A DNA stretch of 64,000 nucleotides from an uncultured Prochlorococcus sp. (GCA_964433825.1 CAYSSQ010000001.1:27112-91111); one strand, 5' to 3'. Counted from the first letter of the stretch, positions 1-11,455 are shown. The notes: a model not told the origin generated them from the letters alone. Translations and numbers: made by a program.

Positions 1-1608
1 GCCAAATTCTTCTTGCAGTCTTTTTACCATTTTAAAAACAGCAAAAGTCTCCTCAGTACTTTGGGACCATTTATGTGAAGTCGGTATCAAAGGTCTTTTT
101 GTATTTAACTCACTAATAAGCCAATTAGTTTTTTCTTCTTCAGACATCAAATCATATGAGGTTGGCAATAAAAGGTATTTTGTAAGTTCTTCTAATGCAT
201 CACTATGCCTAGTACTTTCCTGTCTAATATCTAAACTTGCCAAAGAAAAACCAAAAATATGGACCTGTGTCAAAAGTGTATTTAGAGGTTCACAACTCAA
301 ATCTGTGCTGTTCAAGCTGTTTTTAATTAATTCCAGATCGCTTGTAAATTCATCTACAGATTTATAATAAGGTTCTTCACTATCATCTATATTTTGAGAG
401 AGTGATTCACTTTCTAGAGAGACCTTCCAGCCAACTTCAGATAATAGACTATTCCTTTCCTGAGTCAGTCTTAATTTTTCAATTATATAACTCAATTTTA
501 ATCTATAAGGTTCACTTCTATATCTCGTTGCTCTTGCTTCATATATTTGAGGGAATTTTACTCTATCTGTCTCTAAAGACTCTAAAAGAGAGGAACTCAC
601 TTGACTCCATTGCATAGATACACTAAGTTGATCACGCAAATTTGAAGTTGCATTAATATATCTTTCAAGCATTAGTTTTCTTTGATAACAGGCAGTTCTC
701 CAAGTAATATCAGGGGTCACTGATGGATTACCATCTCTATCGGAACCAACCCATGAACCAAAAGTACAAAAAGATTCTGAAGGTATCTGAACATCTGGAT
801 AATTTTCGCACAAAGCTGATGTTATCCTTCCTCTGAGTTGAGGCATGGCATTAAAAAGAACTTGTTGAAAATAATGCAATGCATAATCAACTTCATCCAA
901 TACTGAGGGTTTAAATTGATGAAGTTCATCTGTCCTCCACCAAAGCCTAATTTCTTCTTTTAGCTGCAACTTTAGTGAACAAATTTCCTCTTTGGTTAAA
1001 GATTTTTCTGACTGGATTTTTTGTAGTAAATTCGCCACACGTCTTTGCTTGTGCCTAATTGTATGCCTTACAATTTCTGTTGGATGAGCAGTAAAAACAA
1101 GCCTTATATCCATTTCTCTTAACAATTCCTCTAGCTTACCTGGAGGCACATTAAGTCTTCTTAATCTATAAAATAATTCTTTAAAAGTAACTGGAGCATT
1201 TTGTCTGGCCAATGATGGAGCGAAAGGATCAAGATTATCAGCATTGGCTTCTTTTTTTTGATTTGTAAAACTTTCTATATATCGGTCTTCTTCAACTCTT
1301 TGTTCAAGAATATTAACTAGTTGAAAATAAAGAGAAAAGGCTCGAGCAGCGGAAATAGATTCAGCTAAATCCATGTCATTGATAATATCAACTATTTCAT
1401 TTTTAAAAGTCTTAGAAGTAATATTAGAATTTAAATTTGAATGACTAAGTTGTTTTAATTTTATTAATCTATTCGCATGTTCATCTGGACATTCATTTCT
1501 TAAAACTGCTTCCCATAATTCCTCAATTAAGACTCTATTAGTCTTAGATAGGCCATTATTCTCGATAACGTCCAAATTATTATGTTTTAGATTTTTTAAA
1601 GACTTCAT
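1..1608 (-). CDS. ppc: Phosphoenolpyruvate carboxylase, N-terminal part (continues past the left edge)
   Basis: Not in the ORF track. ATG at 1608 gives MKSLKNLK..., then [26 protein letters not shown] and [16 protein letters not shown], which are PEPC motifs. Confidence 0.95.
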   Translation of the reverse strand, partial: MKSLKNLKHNNLDVIENNGLSKTNRVLIEELWEAVLRNECPDEHANRLIKLKQLSHSNLNSNITSKTFKNEIVDIINDMDLAESISAARAFSLYFQLVNILEQRVEEDRYIESFTNQKKEANADNLDPFAPSLARQNAPVTFKELFYRLRRLNVPPGKLEELLREMDIRLVFTAHPTEIVRHTIRHKQRRVANLLQKIQSEKSLTKEEICSLKLQLKEEIRLWWRTDELHQFKPSVLDEVDYALHYFQQVLFNAMPQLRGRITSALCENYPDVQIPSESFCTFGSWVGSDRDGNPSVTPDITWRTACYQRKLMLERYINATSNLRDQLSVSMQWSQVSSSLLESLETDRVKFPQIYEARATRYRSEPYRLKLSYIIEKLRLTQERNSLLSEVGWKVSLESESLSQNIDDSEEPYYKSVDEFTSDLELIKNSLNSTDLSCEPLNTLLTQVHIFGFSLASLDIRQESTRHSDALEELTKYLLLPTSYDLMSEEEKTNWLISELNTKRPLIPTSHKWSQSTEETFAVFKMVKRLQEEFG

Positions 1609-1676
1609 ATACCTAATATGTTACACATAAAGAATCATGGAATCATAAAAAGTATTTTTTTGAATCAAAAAATATT

Positions 1677-2786
1677 TTATTCCTCACTTTTCGCAACTTG
1701 CTCAATTTCATACTTCATTATTTCATTTATTGTGTAACCATTATTAAATTTATTAATCCACTGCATTGATTTATTTCCTTCTTCAATAACTTTATGAATT
1801 GGTTTTAATTGCTCAAGCATATTTAATTTATTTGCAGAATAAGAAATTTCCTCTAACAAGTTTATTATCCATTCTTTGCATTTAATTACTTCTCCATTTT
1901 TCCAATTAACCAATTCAGCATTCAGGCTTTCTTTTGCTACTTTAATTTCATTTTCATCACAAATTTTTTGTAACTCTTCTAATGTAAACCTACTGGAGCA
2001 TATAGGATCCAAATCATCCATATTGTCAAAAAGTGTTTTGATTCTTAATTCTAAAAAAGCAGTTATTGCCAATAGAAGATCAATATCAGATATAAAATCG
2101 CAGATTCTCAATTCTAAACGATCTACTTCATGAGGCCTTTTAGGTCCATTAGGCCTTATTGAGGACCAGAAGTGTCTAATATTTTGCATATATCCACTTT
2201 TTATATTTTCTTCAATCCAATTTACATAATGTAAGTGATCTTTAAAAAAAGGAATTTCTCTCGGCGTTTTGGGAAATTGAATCCAGCGTTGGGAATGATT
2301 ACCAGTAAATTTCCCATTTATAAATGGTGAGCTTGCACTTAAAGCGAGATATAGTGAAGCTTCACATCTTACTAGACGAATAGCTGCAAAAAGTTTTTTC
2401 AAATTAGCGACTCCCATGTTGATATGAACACTTGAAGTCGCAATTGATGTCCCGTAACTTGATTCAATAAATTGATGATAACTATTATTTAAATCTGATC
2501 TTTGAAATTTATCATCATGAGAGAAACATAATGTAGATGATGGAATTATTGTCAAATTTCTATTTTTTAACCATTTACGCAAATCTTTTCTGGGATTTAA
2601 TAGTGATTTATAGAGAACTTCATAATCAAAGTGAGGATCAGTTATATATTCTACATTCCTATTATCAGGTTCTTTAACAAAATTTTTAAAATGTTCTTCT
2701 ATCTCATTAGAAACACCTACATGATTATCTAATGTTCCTGTAAAAAGTTCTACCTCAAATCCTTTAAGCAACTTATAATGGTTCAT
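1677..2786 (-). CDS. gshA: Glutamate--cysteine ligase (cyanobacterial GCS2 type)
   Basis: LLKGFEVELFTG, EPDNRNVEYIT, SVHINMG, ALSASSPF and RLELRICD motifs. Confidence 0.9.
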   Translation of the reverse strand: MNHYKLLKGFEVELFTGTLDNHVGVSNEIEEHFKNFVKEPDNRNVEYITDPHFDYEVLYKSLLNPRKDLRKWLKNRNLTIIPSSTLCFSHDDKFQRSDLNNSYHQFIESSYGTSIATSSVHINMGVANLKKLFAAIRLVRCEASLYLALSASSPFINGKFTGNHSQRWIQFPKTPREIPFFKDHLHYVNWIEENIKSGYMQNIRHFWSSIRPNGPKRPHEVDRLELRICDFISDIDLLLAITAFLELRIKTLFDNMDDLDPICSSRFTLEELQKICDENEIKVAKESLNAELVNWKNGEVIKCKEWIINLLEEISYSANKLNMLEQLKPIHKVIEEGNKSMQWINKFNNGYTINEIMKYEIEQVAKSEE

Positions 2787-2789
2787 AAA

Positions 2790-4307
2790 TTACTTCAGTG
2801 ATGATATAGCTATTAAAATCCCTTTAGCTTTATTAATTGTCTCTTGATATTCATTAGATGGAGATGAATCCGCAACAATTCCAGCTCCAGCCTGCACAGA
2901 AACAGTCAAAGTTCCATCTTTACTAGGGATAACTATCATTGATCTGATAGTAATAGCAGTATTTAAAGAACCATTAATATCTACGGCTCCATATATACCA
3001 GCATAAGGGCCTCTTGCCTCTTTTTCGAAAGCGTTAATTAATTGCATAGCCCTTATCTTTGGTGCACCAGTTACTGTACCTGCGGGGAAAGTTGCTTTAA
3101 GTAAATCCCAAACATCTTTTTGTTCATTTAATTCCCCTTGCACTTCACTGACAATGTGCATAACATGCGAATATTTTTCTATGATCATTAAATCTTTTAC
3201 TTCTACACTACCTATTTTGCATACCTTACCTAAATCGTTTCTTCCTAAATCTACTAACATGACATGTTCGGAAATTTCTTTTGGATCACTTAGTAAATCA
3301 TTTTCATTCTGAGCATCCTCAATTGAATCGGTGCCTCTTGGTCTTGTACCTGCGATAGGTCTTAGATTTGCAATTATTTTATTATTTTTTATTTTTTCAG
3401 CTTTCACCATAACTTCGGGACTTGAACCAATAAGAAACCATGTCCCAAAATCAAAAAAAGCCATATAAGGTGATGGATTTACCATTCGCAAACTACGATA
3501 TAAATCAAATGGTTTATTTTTTAATTCAGTTTTAAATTTCTGACTAATAACAATCTGAAATATATCTCCTTTTTTGATAAATTCTTTAGCCTTTACTACT
3601 GCATCTTCAAAATCTTCTTTGATCCAATTACTCGACATTTCAATATTTAAATCCTTTTGTTGTTTCCAATTTAGAATATCTACATCTTTAAGTGGTACTC
3701 TCATTAAATCTTGAATAGACTGTATCTTCTGAGTTGAATCATCATAAATATCCTCGATATTTACATTATCTTGATTAGTCAGGTCTGCGTAAACAACAGC
3801 TGTGAGACATCTTTTCATTTGATCAAAAATTATTATTTGATCGAAAAACATCCATGCACCATATGGTATCTCGTGATCATCTATTTTATGGATAGGCACA
3901 GATGGTTCTATAAAATTTATTAGTTCATAGCTCCAAGACCCGTAAAGTTGACCAACAAAAGGAAATTCATCAAGACTATGAGACTTGTATTTTTGAGTCC
4001 AGTCTCTGAGCAATTCAAATATATTTCCTTTCTTGATAATCTGTTCTCCCTCTCTTGAAATTTTAGTTGAAGTTTCACCATCGCAGATAACTTCCCATAA
4101 AGGGTTATTGGCTACAATACTCCATCTACCAATATTTTCGCCTCCCTCAACAGATTCTAAAAAAACCCCATGTGAATTTTCCTGAGATAATTTGAGCCAA
4201 GTAGTTAGAGGGGTTTCTAAATCTGCAGGCCAAGATTTATAAATGGGTATAAAATTCTTGCCCTGATTATAGGCTTGAAAAAAACTATCTTTCTTTTTAC
4301 TAATCAT
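2790..4307 (-). CDS. trpE: Anthranilate synthase component I
   Basis: LESVEGGE, GDIFQIVISQ, NPSPYM, PIAGTRPRG, EHVMLVDLGRND and FPAGTVTGAPK. Confidence 0.93.
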   Translation of the reverse strand: MISKKKDSFFQAYNQGKNFIPIYKSWPADLETPLTTWLKLSQENSHGVFLESVEGGENIGRWSIVANNPLWEVICDGETSTKISREGEQIIKKGNIFELLRDWTQKYKSHSLDEFPFVGQLYGSWSYELINFIEPSVPIHKIDDHEIPYGAWMFFDQIIIFDQMKRCLTAVVYADLTNQDNVNIEDIYDDSTQKIQSIQDLMRVPLKDVDILNWKQQKDLNIEMSSNWIKEDFEDAVVKAKEFIKKGDIFQIVISQKFKTELKNKPFDLYRSLRMVNPSPYMAFFDFGTWFLIGSSPEVMVKAEKIKNNKIIANLRPIAGTRPRGTDSIEDAQNENDLLSDPKEISEHVMLVDLGRNDLGKVCKIGSVEVKDLMIIEKYSHVMHIVSEVQGELNEQKDVWDLLKATFPAGTVTGAPKIRAMQLINAFEKEARGPYAGIYGAVDINGSLNTAITIRSMIVIPSKDGTLTVSVQAGAGIVADSSPSNEYQETINKAKGILIAISSLK

Positions 4308-4366
4308 ACTTCTAGTTTCAATCCAAATTATAATTAAATTTGAATCTTATATCAACTTTTGTAGAT

Positions 4367-4789
4367 TTAATCAAAAGTTTTTTTAGTAGTAAATTTTAAA
4401 CCTGCAGGATTAGGATTTTCCCCAATTCTTCTTGGATTATGGCCAACTTTTTCGCGTCCCTCATTCACTTTTTCTGGGAAAACCCCATCTTTTGGATGCA
4501 AAAATTCAACATCACCGCTAGGGAAGATTCTATATATTTTAAAATTTTCTATTCTTGGTTTAAATGCTCTTAATTGTGTTCCCAAAGCTAAACATTGTTC
4601 TTTCCTAGCAAAATACATTATATTATCACCTTCAAGCATTATCGCTGCTCCCCCTGTTGGCAATTCAAAAGGTTGTTCTTTTGTGCTATTCCAACATATT
4701 GCATATTTCTCTTCAGTTTCTGCAGAGTTTAATAAACCTCCTGTACTGCCTATATGCTTTGGGAATTGGCCAACTAAAGGTTCTGACAT
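4367..4789 (-). CDS. psaD: Photosystem I subunit II (PsaD)
   Basis: [27 protein letters not shown] and [16 protein letters not shown]. Confidence 0.98.
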   Translation of the reverse strand: MSEPLVGQFPKHIGSTGGLLNSAETEEKYAICWNSTKEQPFELPTGGAAIMLEGDNIMYFARKEQCLALGTQLRAFKPRIENFKIYRIFPSGDVEFLHPKDGVFPEKVNEGREKVGHNPRRIGENPNPAGLKFTTKKTFD

Positions 4790-4860
4790 TCTATTTTTAT
4801 TAATTTATAATAACGAAGCTAACATTTTGAATTTATAATTTTCAGTAATTTTTAAAATTT

Positions 4861-4878
4861 TCTACATTATTTAATAAA
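4861..4878 (+). promoter_or_regulatory. Possible HLR1 (RpaB-binding) direct repeat upstream of psaD
   Basis: TCTACATT-AT-TTAATAAA versus consensus KTTACAWW-N2-KTTACAWW (3 mismatches); AT-rich background weakens the match. Confidence 0.3.
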
Positions 4879-4897
4879 CTAACAGGTAGCAAAAAAG

Positions 4898-6268
4898 TCA
4901 ATTTTTTTCCGAAATTGGGAAAAAGACAGTTAACCCAGTATTTTTTCTTTGGGTAACATGACCACCAAGGCTAGCTAATAATTTATGCATAGCGGATTGA
5001 CTTATCTGCAAACTTCCAGTTTGTGGGTTCCAATTCAAGACAGGTCCAATATCTGAACCACTATTCTGCTTATTTAAACTTTCGTTCTCATCTTTTTTAT
5101 GAACTATTAATTGCATTTTTATTTTTTGACCTGCAGGACGCAACTCTAAAATCAAAGTACTTCCCTCCCTCAAACCTCGAGTATTTTTATCAATTAATCC
5201 TCCTAACATAAGCTCTAATTTTTCAGAATTACTAAGGATCTCAGGTAATTCATTTGGAATATCTATATTTAAAGAGATACCTCGCCTTTTTAGTTGAGAA
5301 ATCCAATATGGAGATAGTTTATTTAAAATTTCACCCAAATCTATACTTGCTAATTGCTGAGACGTAGAAGTCTCATTATTTAGTAATTCTGAAGCATTGA
5401 ATATTAATCCAAATCTATCAATTTGTTCTGTACACTCATTATCAATTTGAATTAAACGGTTTCTAATAGTCCCATCCATTTCATAATTTCTTAGTGTAGA
5501 ACTTATTAGAGTTCTTATAGTAGCTAATGGTGTTCTGACTTCATGAGAAATAGCTTCTAGAAGCTTGGCTTCAGTAATTTGAAGATTATTACTGTGATTA
5601 TTATGATCCGTGACAGTAGTTTGAAAATTCAAATCAGGAATTTTAGTGGCTAATCTAATTGAAAGTAATGGCCAAAAGTTATCTAAAAACTCTTTGTTTA
5701 ATTTAAATTCTTTAATTTGCTGAATACTTTCTCTAAATCTTTGAGCTTCATTATTATTTTCTTGAACGAATTTTCTATCCATTAATTTAATCACTTTTTG
5801 AATACTCTCATGATCACTGCGCATAACAATTATTTTTTTATTTTTTTCTCCAGAAATAGATAATATACATTGAAAATCTGAAGTTATAACCATTAGAAAA
5901 GGTTCATAGCCATCTGAAGGATTTAAGTTTAAAATTTTATAATTAGGAGAATAATCGAAACTTTCTTCCTTAACCTTTGAATTAATTTGAGGTAAATATC
6001 CAGCATAATCATGATTAAAATAAGGAAATCCCTCTGGAGCAAAAAGCCAACCATTCAACTTATTTAAATATTTATTTTCATAAATAACAGGTAGTGGTGA
6101 AGCCACCCATAATCCTCCTTTTTGATAATAATCTGACAGAAATTCTTTTTGAATTAACTCTAATGCACACCACCAAATCCTTCTTGAGGTATTATCATCA
6201 ACAACCATACTCGGAGAATCTGTTACAAGTAAATCTTGAATAGATTTTATTGTTATGTTGTTTTTCAT
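4898..6268 (-). CDS. Soluble sensor histidine kinase, Hik34-like, with atypical ATPase domain
   Basis: H-box ISHEVRTPLATIRT and IDNECTEQIDRF; C-terminus GPVLNWNPQTGSLQIS lacks canonical G1/G2 boxes; no TM segments. Confidence 0.8.
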   Translation of the reverse strand: MKNNITIKSIQDLLVTDSPSMVVDDNTSRRIWWCALELIQKEFLSDYYQKGGLWVASPLPVIYENKYLNKLNGWLFAPEGFPYFNHDYAGYLPQINSKVKEESFDYSPNYKILNLNPSDGYEPFLMVITSDFQCILSISGEKNKKIIVMRSDHESIQKVIKLMDRKFVQENNNEAQRFRESIQQIKEFKLNKEFLDNFWPLLSIRLATKIPDLNFQTTVTDHNNHSNNLQITEAKLLEAISHEVRTPLATIRTLISSTLRNYEMDGTIRNRLIQIDNECTEQIDRFGLIFNASELLNNETSTSQQLASIDLGEILNKLSPYWISQLKRRGISLNIDIPNELPEILSNSEKLELMLGGLIDKNTRGLREGSTLILELRPAGQKIKMQLIVHKKDENESLNKQNSGSDIGPVLNWNPQTGSLQISQSAMHKLLASLGGHVTQRKNTGLTVFFPISEKN

Positions 6269-7536
6269 AGATTCCTTAATGATCTTGCACGTTTTGATGT
6301 GGATAATGCGAACCCAATACAGGAGAAATTTATTAATAATGAAGTTCTACCATAGCTCATAAATGGTAAAGGGATTCCTGTCACAGGACCAAGTCCAATA
6401 GTCATAAATATATTAATAATTATTTGGAATAAGAATATAGAAGCAATTGCAATTACTATGAGTGACTCAAAATCTGTTCTAGCATTTTTAGCAATCCTAG
6501 TGAGTTGGATTATCAGAATAAAAAATATACAAACTACTAAAAAAGAACCAATAAAGCCTGTTTCTTCTCCTAATGCACTAAAAATAAAATCAGTATGCTG
6601 CTCAGGTATAAAATTTAAATTGGTCAATTTACCTTTTAAAAATCCAGATCCAAATATACCTCCTGAACCAATAGCAATTTTACTTTGAAGTAAGTGATAA
6701 CCTCCTCCTAAAGGATCTCTAGATGGATCAATAAAAAGTATCAATCTATCTTTTTGATAATCTTTTAAGCCAAAATTCCATAAGAATGGAGTTAATTTAG
6801 CAATTATGGTATGAAAAGCCATTGTAATAATTGCAAAAATAATCCTCCTTTCTAGAGATTTGAATGCTAACAATCCCATTAATGGAATCCATAAAAAAAG
6901 AATAAAAGGCGAGACAAAAGAAAACAATGATGTAAAAAGCGATAAAACCACAATTAGAATCCACTCTATAGGCATTTGAGCCCAGTAAAGCATTACAAAA
7001 AATAAAAAAATCAATACTAATGATGTTCCTAAATCAGGTTGAAAAAAAATTAATATCCAAGGGATAGAGACTAAAATAATAGGCTTTACAAGATCTTTTA
7101 AAGAATATATTTTATTTTTTTCTAAAACCAATGCAATCACTAGAAGAGTACTTAATTTAGCGACCTCTGATGGTTGAAATGTAAAAAGTCCTAAACTTAA
7201 CCATCTTTGTGCACCATAAATAGTTATCCCAAAAAAATAAACGAATATTAGAGATAAAATTGAAATTATATAGAATGGAAATACATATTTTTTTATTCTA
7301 TCGAGTGGAATATTTGAAATCATTATGGCTAGAAAATATCCAAAAATACCTGTTAACAAATGACTTAAAAAGTCATTATTATTTGATTGATTTTGAATAC
7401 TCTTAATTAACACACTTGAAACAACAACCAAAATAAAAGGCCCAATTAAAATCGGTGAAAAAATTAGATCAAATTTAAATTTATTTCTATTAGGGGGAAA
7501 TCTTCTTTTTTTTAAAAATGAAATACCTTCAATCAT
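6265..7536 (-). CDS. rodA: Rod shape-determining protein RodA (SEDS family)
   Basis: GAQRWL, FQPSEVAK, QPDLGT, PEQHTDFIF and GIPLPFMSYG. Confidence 0.93.
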   Translation of the reverse strand: MIEGISFLKKRRFPPNRNKFKFDLIFSPILIGPFILVVVSSVLIKSIQNQSNNNDFLSHLLTGIFGYFLAIMISNIPLDRIKKYVFPFYIISILSLIFVYFFGITIYGAQRWLSLGLFTFQPSEVAKLSTLLVIALVLEKNKIYSLKDLVKPIILVSIPWILIFFQPDLGTSLVLIFLFFVMLYWAQMPIEWILIVVLSLFTSLFSFVSPFILFLWIPLMGLLAFKSLERRIIFAIITMAFHTIIAKLTPFLWNFGLKDYQKDRLILFIDPSRDPLGGGYHLLQSKIAIGSGGIFGSGFLKGKLTNLNFIPEQHTDFIFSALGEETGFIGSFLVVCIFFILIIQLTRIAKNARTDFESLIVIAIASIFLFQIIINIFMTIGLGPVTGIPLPFMSYGRTSLLINFSCIGFALSTSKRARSLRNL

Positions 7537-8600
7537 TTATCAATGAATTTTGTTTGAATCAAAGATGCTAATTCCTGAAATTTGATAGCACTTTTTGTAT
7601 TTGGTTCACTAATCGAGATAGGTAATCCTTGATTACTTTCCGTAACAACTGGCATCTCAATTGGTATTTGAGCTAAGAGAGGTAAATTATTTTCATCAGC
7701 CAATAATTGACCTCCGCCACTTCCAAAAATCTTATAACTCTTATTAGGTTGATCAGGAGGAATAAAAATTGACATGTTTTCAACAACCCCTATTAATGGA
7801 ACTCCCAATTGTTTAAACATCGCCAAGCCTCTCCTAGAGTCTTGCAGTGATACTTTTTGAGGAGTAGTTACAATTATTGCTCCAGATATGGGGACTGATT
7901 GAGCTAGAGAAATTTGAGCATCTCCTGTACCAGGAGGCAAATCTATTATGAGAAAATCTAAGTTTTTCCACTCGACTTGATATAAAAATTGCCTAATAAT
8001 ACTATTCAACATTGGTCCTCTCCAAATAACAGGCTGTCCTTCTTCTATCAAAAAACCCATAGAAACAATTGAGATTCCATATTTACTTATTGGAATGAGC
8101 CTTTGTTCATTTCCACTCCCAAACACTTTGGGACTCTCCTCAGAAACACCCAACATTGATGGTGTATTGGGACCATAAATATCTGCATCCAATAAACCTG
8201 TTTTTAAACCTAATTTCGAAAGAGAGCAAGCTATATTAACTGCAATAGTGCTTTTACCCACTCCGCCCTTTCCACTACTAACAGCAATAATTTGCTTAAT
8301 TCCATTAATCTTTTGTAGTTGTGGTTGATTATTTTCACTATTTGAATTTGCTTGTTCTAAGTTGTTTTCTAGTTCTATCTGAACATCTTCAATATCAGAA
8401 AAGTTTAGTAATATTTTTCTTACCTCTTGAACTATTCTATCTCTCTGAGAATTTGCATATGATGGTAATGCTAATGTGATTATTGATCTTGGTATTACTA
8501 CTCTTACATTTTTGATCCATCCCAACTCAATTAAATTTTTCTGAGATCCAGTATCAAGAATCTTTGATAGGGCATAATTAGCTTCTTCAACTGTAGTCAT
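7533..8600 (-). CDS. mrp: Mrp/NBP35 family Fe-S cluster carrier ATPase
   Basis: SGKGGVGKST, DADIYGP, WRGPM and DLPPGTGD. Confidence 0.93.
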   Translation of the reverse strand: MTTVEEANYALSKILDTGSQKNLIELGWIKNVRVVIPRSIITLALPSYANSQRDRIVQEVRKILLNFSDIEDVQIELENNLEQANSNSENNQPQLQKINGIKQIIAVSSGKGGVGKSTIAVNIACSLSKLGLKTGLLDADIYGPNTPSMLGVSEESPKVFGSGNEQRLIPISKYGISIVSMGFLIEEGQPVIWRGPMLNSIIRQFLYQVEWKNLDFLIIDLPPGTGDAQISLAQSVPISGAIIVTTPQKVSLQDSRRGLAMFKQLGVPLIGVVENMSIFIPPDQPNKSYKIFGSGGGQLLADENNLPLLAQIPIEMPVVTESNQGLPISISEPNTKSAIKFQELASLIQTKFIDK

Positions 8601-8758
8601 CCAAACTTTTAATACTTTTTACTTTAAGTTAGCCGACCTCAAAAGGTTAAGAACTATGTCGAACTATCAAATAATTGAAAAAATTACCCCCTCAAAAGAA
8701 ATTATAAAGGGAAAGTCTTATTTCATCAAAAAATTTTTATTATCCAATTAACAATAAA

Positions 8759-9787
8759 ATGCTTAAAACACCTCCAAAAAATTCTAGAGAAAATATTAAG
8801 AGTCTCCTACTTGATTTACAAGAAAAAATTTGTGCAGAATTAGAAGCACTTGATGAGAAATCTCGATTTAATGAAGAATCTTGGATAAGACCTGAAGGAG
8901 GCGGAGGCAAATCGAGAGTCTTAAAAAATGGAAATATTTTTGAACAAGCAGGAGTAAATTTTTCAGAAGTTCATGGTAAAGAATTACCTCCATCAATTAT
9001 ATCCCAGAGACCTGAGGCAGAAGGTGAGGAGTGGTTTGCTACTGGAACTTCAATGGTTTTACATCCTAAAAATCCATATATTCCAACTGTACATTTAAAT
9101 TATAGATATTTCGAAGCAGGACCAGTCTGGTGGTTTGGAGGTGGTGCAGATCTAACTCCTTATTATCCATATTTAACAGATGTAAGACATTTTCATATTA
9201 CTCATAGTGAGGCTTGTGAGAAAATTAATCCAAAATTGCATAAAGTATTTAAACCTTGGTGCGATGAATATTTTTTCCTGAAGCATAGAAACGAATCAAG
9301 AGGTATTGGAGGTATTTTTTATGATTATCAAGATGGAGAAGGCTTACTATACAGAGGGAAAGATAAAAATAGTATTGCTTCGAATATATCTTCAGATATT
9401 GGAGCGGTACAATTAAGCTGGGAAGAATTATTTAAACTCGCAGAGAATTGTGGTAATGCATTCCTGACTGCCTACAAACCGATAGTTGAGAAAAGAGTAA
9501 AGCAAAACTATTCTGAACGAGAGAGAGAATTCCAACTTTATAGAAGAGGCAGATATGTAGAATTTAATTTAGTCTGGGATAGAGGCACAATTTTTGGTTT
9601 GCAAACCAATGGAAGAACAGAATCAATTTTAATGTCACTACCACCATTAGCTAGATGGGAATATGGTTATAAATCCGAAAAAAATTCTAGAGAAGATTTA
9701 CTTACAAAGATATTTACTAAACCTCAGGATTGGCATAACGATAAAAACTTAGAAGATTTATGCCATAAATATAATTTATTTGATTAA
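8759..9787 (+). CDS. hemF: Oxygen-dependent coproporphyrinogen III oxidase
   Basis: [38 protein letters not shown] and [10 protein letters not shown]. Confidence 0.97.
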   Translation: MLKTPPKNSRENIKSLLLDLQEKICAELEALDEKSRFNEESWIRPEGGGGKSRVLKNGNIFEQAGVNFSEVHGKELPPSIISQRPEAEGEEWFATGTSMVLHPKNPYIPTVHLNYRYFEAGPVWWFGGGADLTPYYPYLTDVRHFHITHSEACEKINPKLHKVFKPWCDEYFFLKHRNESRGIGGIFYDYQDGEGLLYRGKDKNSIASNISSDIGAVQLSWEELFKLAENCGNAFLTAYKPIVEKRVKQNYSEREREFQLYRRGRYVEFNLVWDRGTIFGLQTNGRTESILMSLPPLARWEYGYKSEKNSREDLLTKIFTKPQDWHNDKNLEDLCHKYNLFD

Positions 9788-9801
9788 ATATCTTTAAGAT
9801 T

Positions 9802-10362
9802 TTAGATAGGAGTCTTAAATAACGAGCCATCGCTTTTTAAACAAAGTGGCTCTTTTAATTCAGTTTCAAGAGCAATAAGTTCATCTCTATGAGCCCTCAA
9901 CAGCAAATTTGTAGTTTTCTTATTTTCTTCACTATCAACTAATCTGAATTCAAAAGTTTCCTCTCTACTTGATTTTTTTGAATAGATTATTCCTGATAAA
10001 GGTCCGCCAATGAACCCAAGAAGGATAGGCCACCAATGTAAATTAGGATATAGCTGTACAATTATTAAACCCAAAGAACAGGATCCTAATCCTCCAAGAA
10101 TAGATAAAAATATTGCTAAAAATTTACTAAATATAACTTGACCTTTAAAAATTAAAGTTTTTCTTTCAGTATCTCCACCACTTTGTTTCCAGCCTCTCAA
10201 TTTTAGCCAATTACATAATAAATTAAGTACTTCAACTGGCTTCTTAGATGAAGTTACTTCTACTGTAGTTGTTCTATCTTTACTTGATGCTTTTAGAAAG
10301 AAAAATAATCCTATGAAAAGAAGAATTGTTAATAATAAAGTTGAGTTTAAAGAATAAGACAT
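9802..10362 (-). CDS. Cytochrome b6f heme ci assembly factor CCB1-like (DUF3529)
   Basis: STLLLTILLFIGLFFFLKASSKDRT N-terminus, three TM segments and AHRDELIAL. Confidence 0.75.
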   Translation of the reverse strand: MSYSLNSTLLLTILLFIGLFFFLKASSKDRTTTVEVTSSKKPVEVLNLLCNWLKLRGWKQSGGDTERKTLIFKGQVIFSKFLAIFLSILGGLGSCSLGLIIVQLYPNLHWWPILLGFIGGPLSGIIYSKKSSREETFEFRLVDSEENKKTTNLLLRAHRDELIALETELKEPLCLKSDGSLFKTPI

Positions 10363-10517
10363 TCATAATCTTTTATTAACTTTTAGATTATAAAATAAAA
10401 TTTTTATTTTAAATTTTTTAATTTAATTTTGAGATAAAAAATTTTTTATTTAAGCCTTTCTTGAATTTGAAATATTGTTGTAAAGTAGTAAAAATTAAAT
10501 CCTGTTAATTTTTAAAG

Positions 10518-11150
10518 ATGGATCTAAATACAAAGATTAATTTTTGTAAGAATGATTTAAATGATAATCTATTCAACATATATCAAAAATCATCTTACTT
10601 AGCTGTAGATACTGAAGCAATGGGTTTAGTACATGGTAGGGATAGATTGTGTGTTATTCAAATATCAAATGAAGATAATATTACAGCCTATATAAAATTA
10701 GAAATTAATAATACTAATTCAGATAGGGTTAAATTACTTTTTGAAAATGACCAAATTAAAAAAATATTTCATTTTGCAAGATTTGATGTTGCTGCTTTGA
10801 AGTGCAATCTTCAGATTAATACACGAAATATTTTTTGTACAAAAATCGCTAGTAAACTTGCGCGTACTTATACTAATAAGCATGGCTTAAAAGATCTGGT
10901 ACATGAATTAGTCAAGGTTGAATTAGATAAAGGGTGCCAAAGTAGTGATTGGGGAAGTGAGAATGATTTCTCTAAAGAACAGATAGAGTATGCAACAAAT
11001 GATGTCAGATATTTAATTGAAGCGATGGAGAAATTAGTAGTTATTTTAAAAAGAGAAAAAAGATATGAATTAGCAGAACAATGTTTTAGCGTTATTCCAA
11101 TATATTCCGAACTAGACATAAGAAAATTCTCCAATATTTTTGAGCATTAA
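10518..11150 (+). CDS. rnd: Ribonuclease D-like 3'-5' exonuclease
   Basis: AVDTEAMGL, RDRLC, FHFARFD, CTKIASKLARTYT and QSSDWG (DEDDy family). Confidence 0.88.
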   Translation: MDLNTKINFCKNDLNDNLFNIYQKSSYLAVDTEAMGLVHGRDRLCVIQISNEDNITAYIKLEINNTNSDRVKLLFENDQIKKIFHFARFDVAALKCNLQINTRNIFCTKIASKLARTYTNKHGLKDLVHELVKVELDKGCQSSDWGSENDFSKEQIEYATNDVRYLIEAMEKLVVILKREKRYELAEQCFSVIPIYSELDIRKFSNIFEH

Positions 11151-11152
11151 CT

Positions 11153-11437
11153 TTAGTCCTCAACAATAAAGTTATCATTATCTCCTAATGTTTCCATGAG
11201 TTCATCAAAAATCTCTACTGAACTCTGCCCATTTTCCTTATCTTTTTGGCAATTCAAAAGAACATCTTTGGCAATATTTCTTTTCTCTTCAATTGAAGTT
11301 TTTTCAAACTTAGAGATCTTTATCTCTACTTTTTTCTTTGCGGCAGATAAGCTAATGCTCATTACACTTGCTATCTCTGCACATATCTTTAAATATTCTC
11401 TATCATTAATTGGGTACATAATAATCCTCTTATTCAA
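11153..11437 (-). CDS. Conserved hypothetical protein
   Basis: 94-aa ORF (YLKICAEIASVMSISLSAAKKKV...DNFIVED) directly downstream of the LpxB-like gene. Confidence 0.7.
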   Translation of the reverse strand: MNKRIIMYPINDREYLKICAEIASVMSISLSAAKKKVEIKISKFEKTSIEEKRNIAKDVLLNCQKDKENGQSSVEIFDELMETLGDNDNFIVED

Positions 11438-11455
11438 TAAGCTTACTTTACTTCT

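Noticed and set aside
402-617. This and the other short track ORFs nested in or antisense to core genes (e.g. 1876, 13144, 47197, 60928)
   Set aside because: They fully overlap well-supported genes and have no recognisable motifs.
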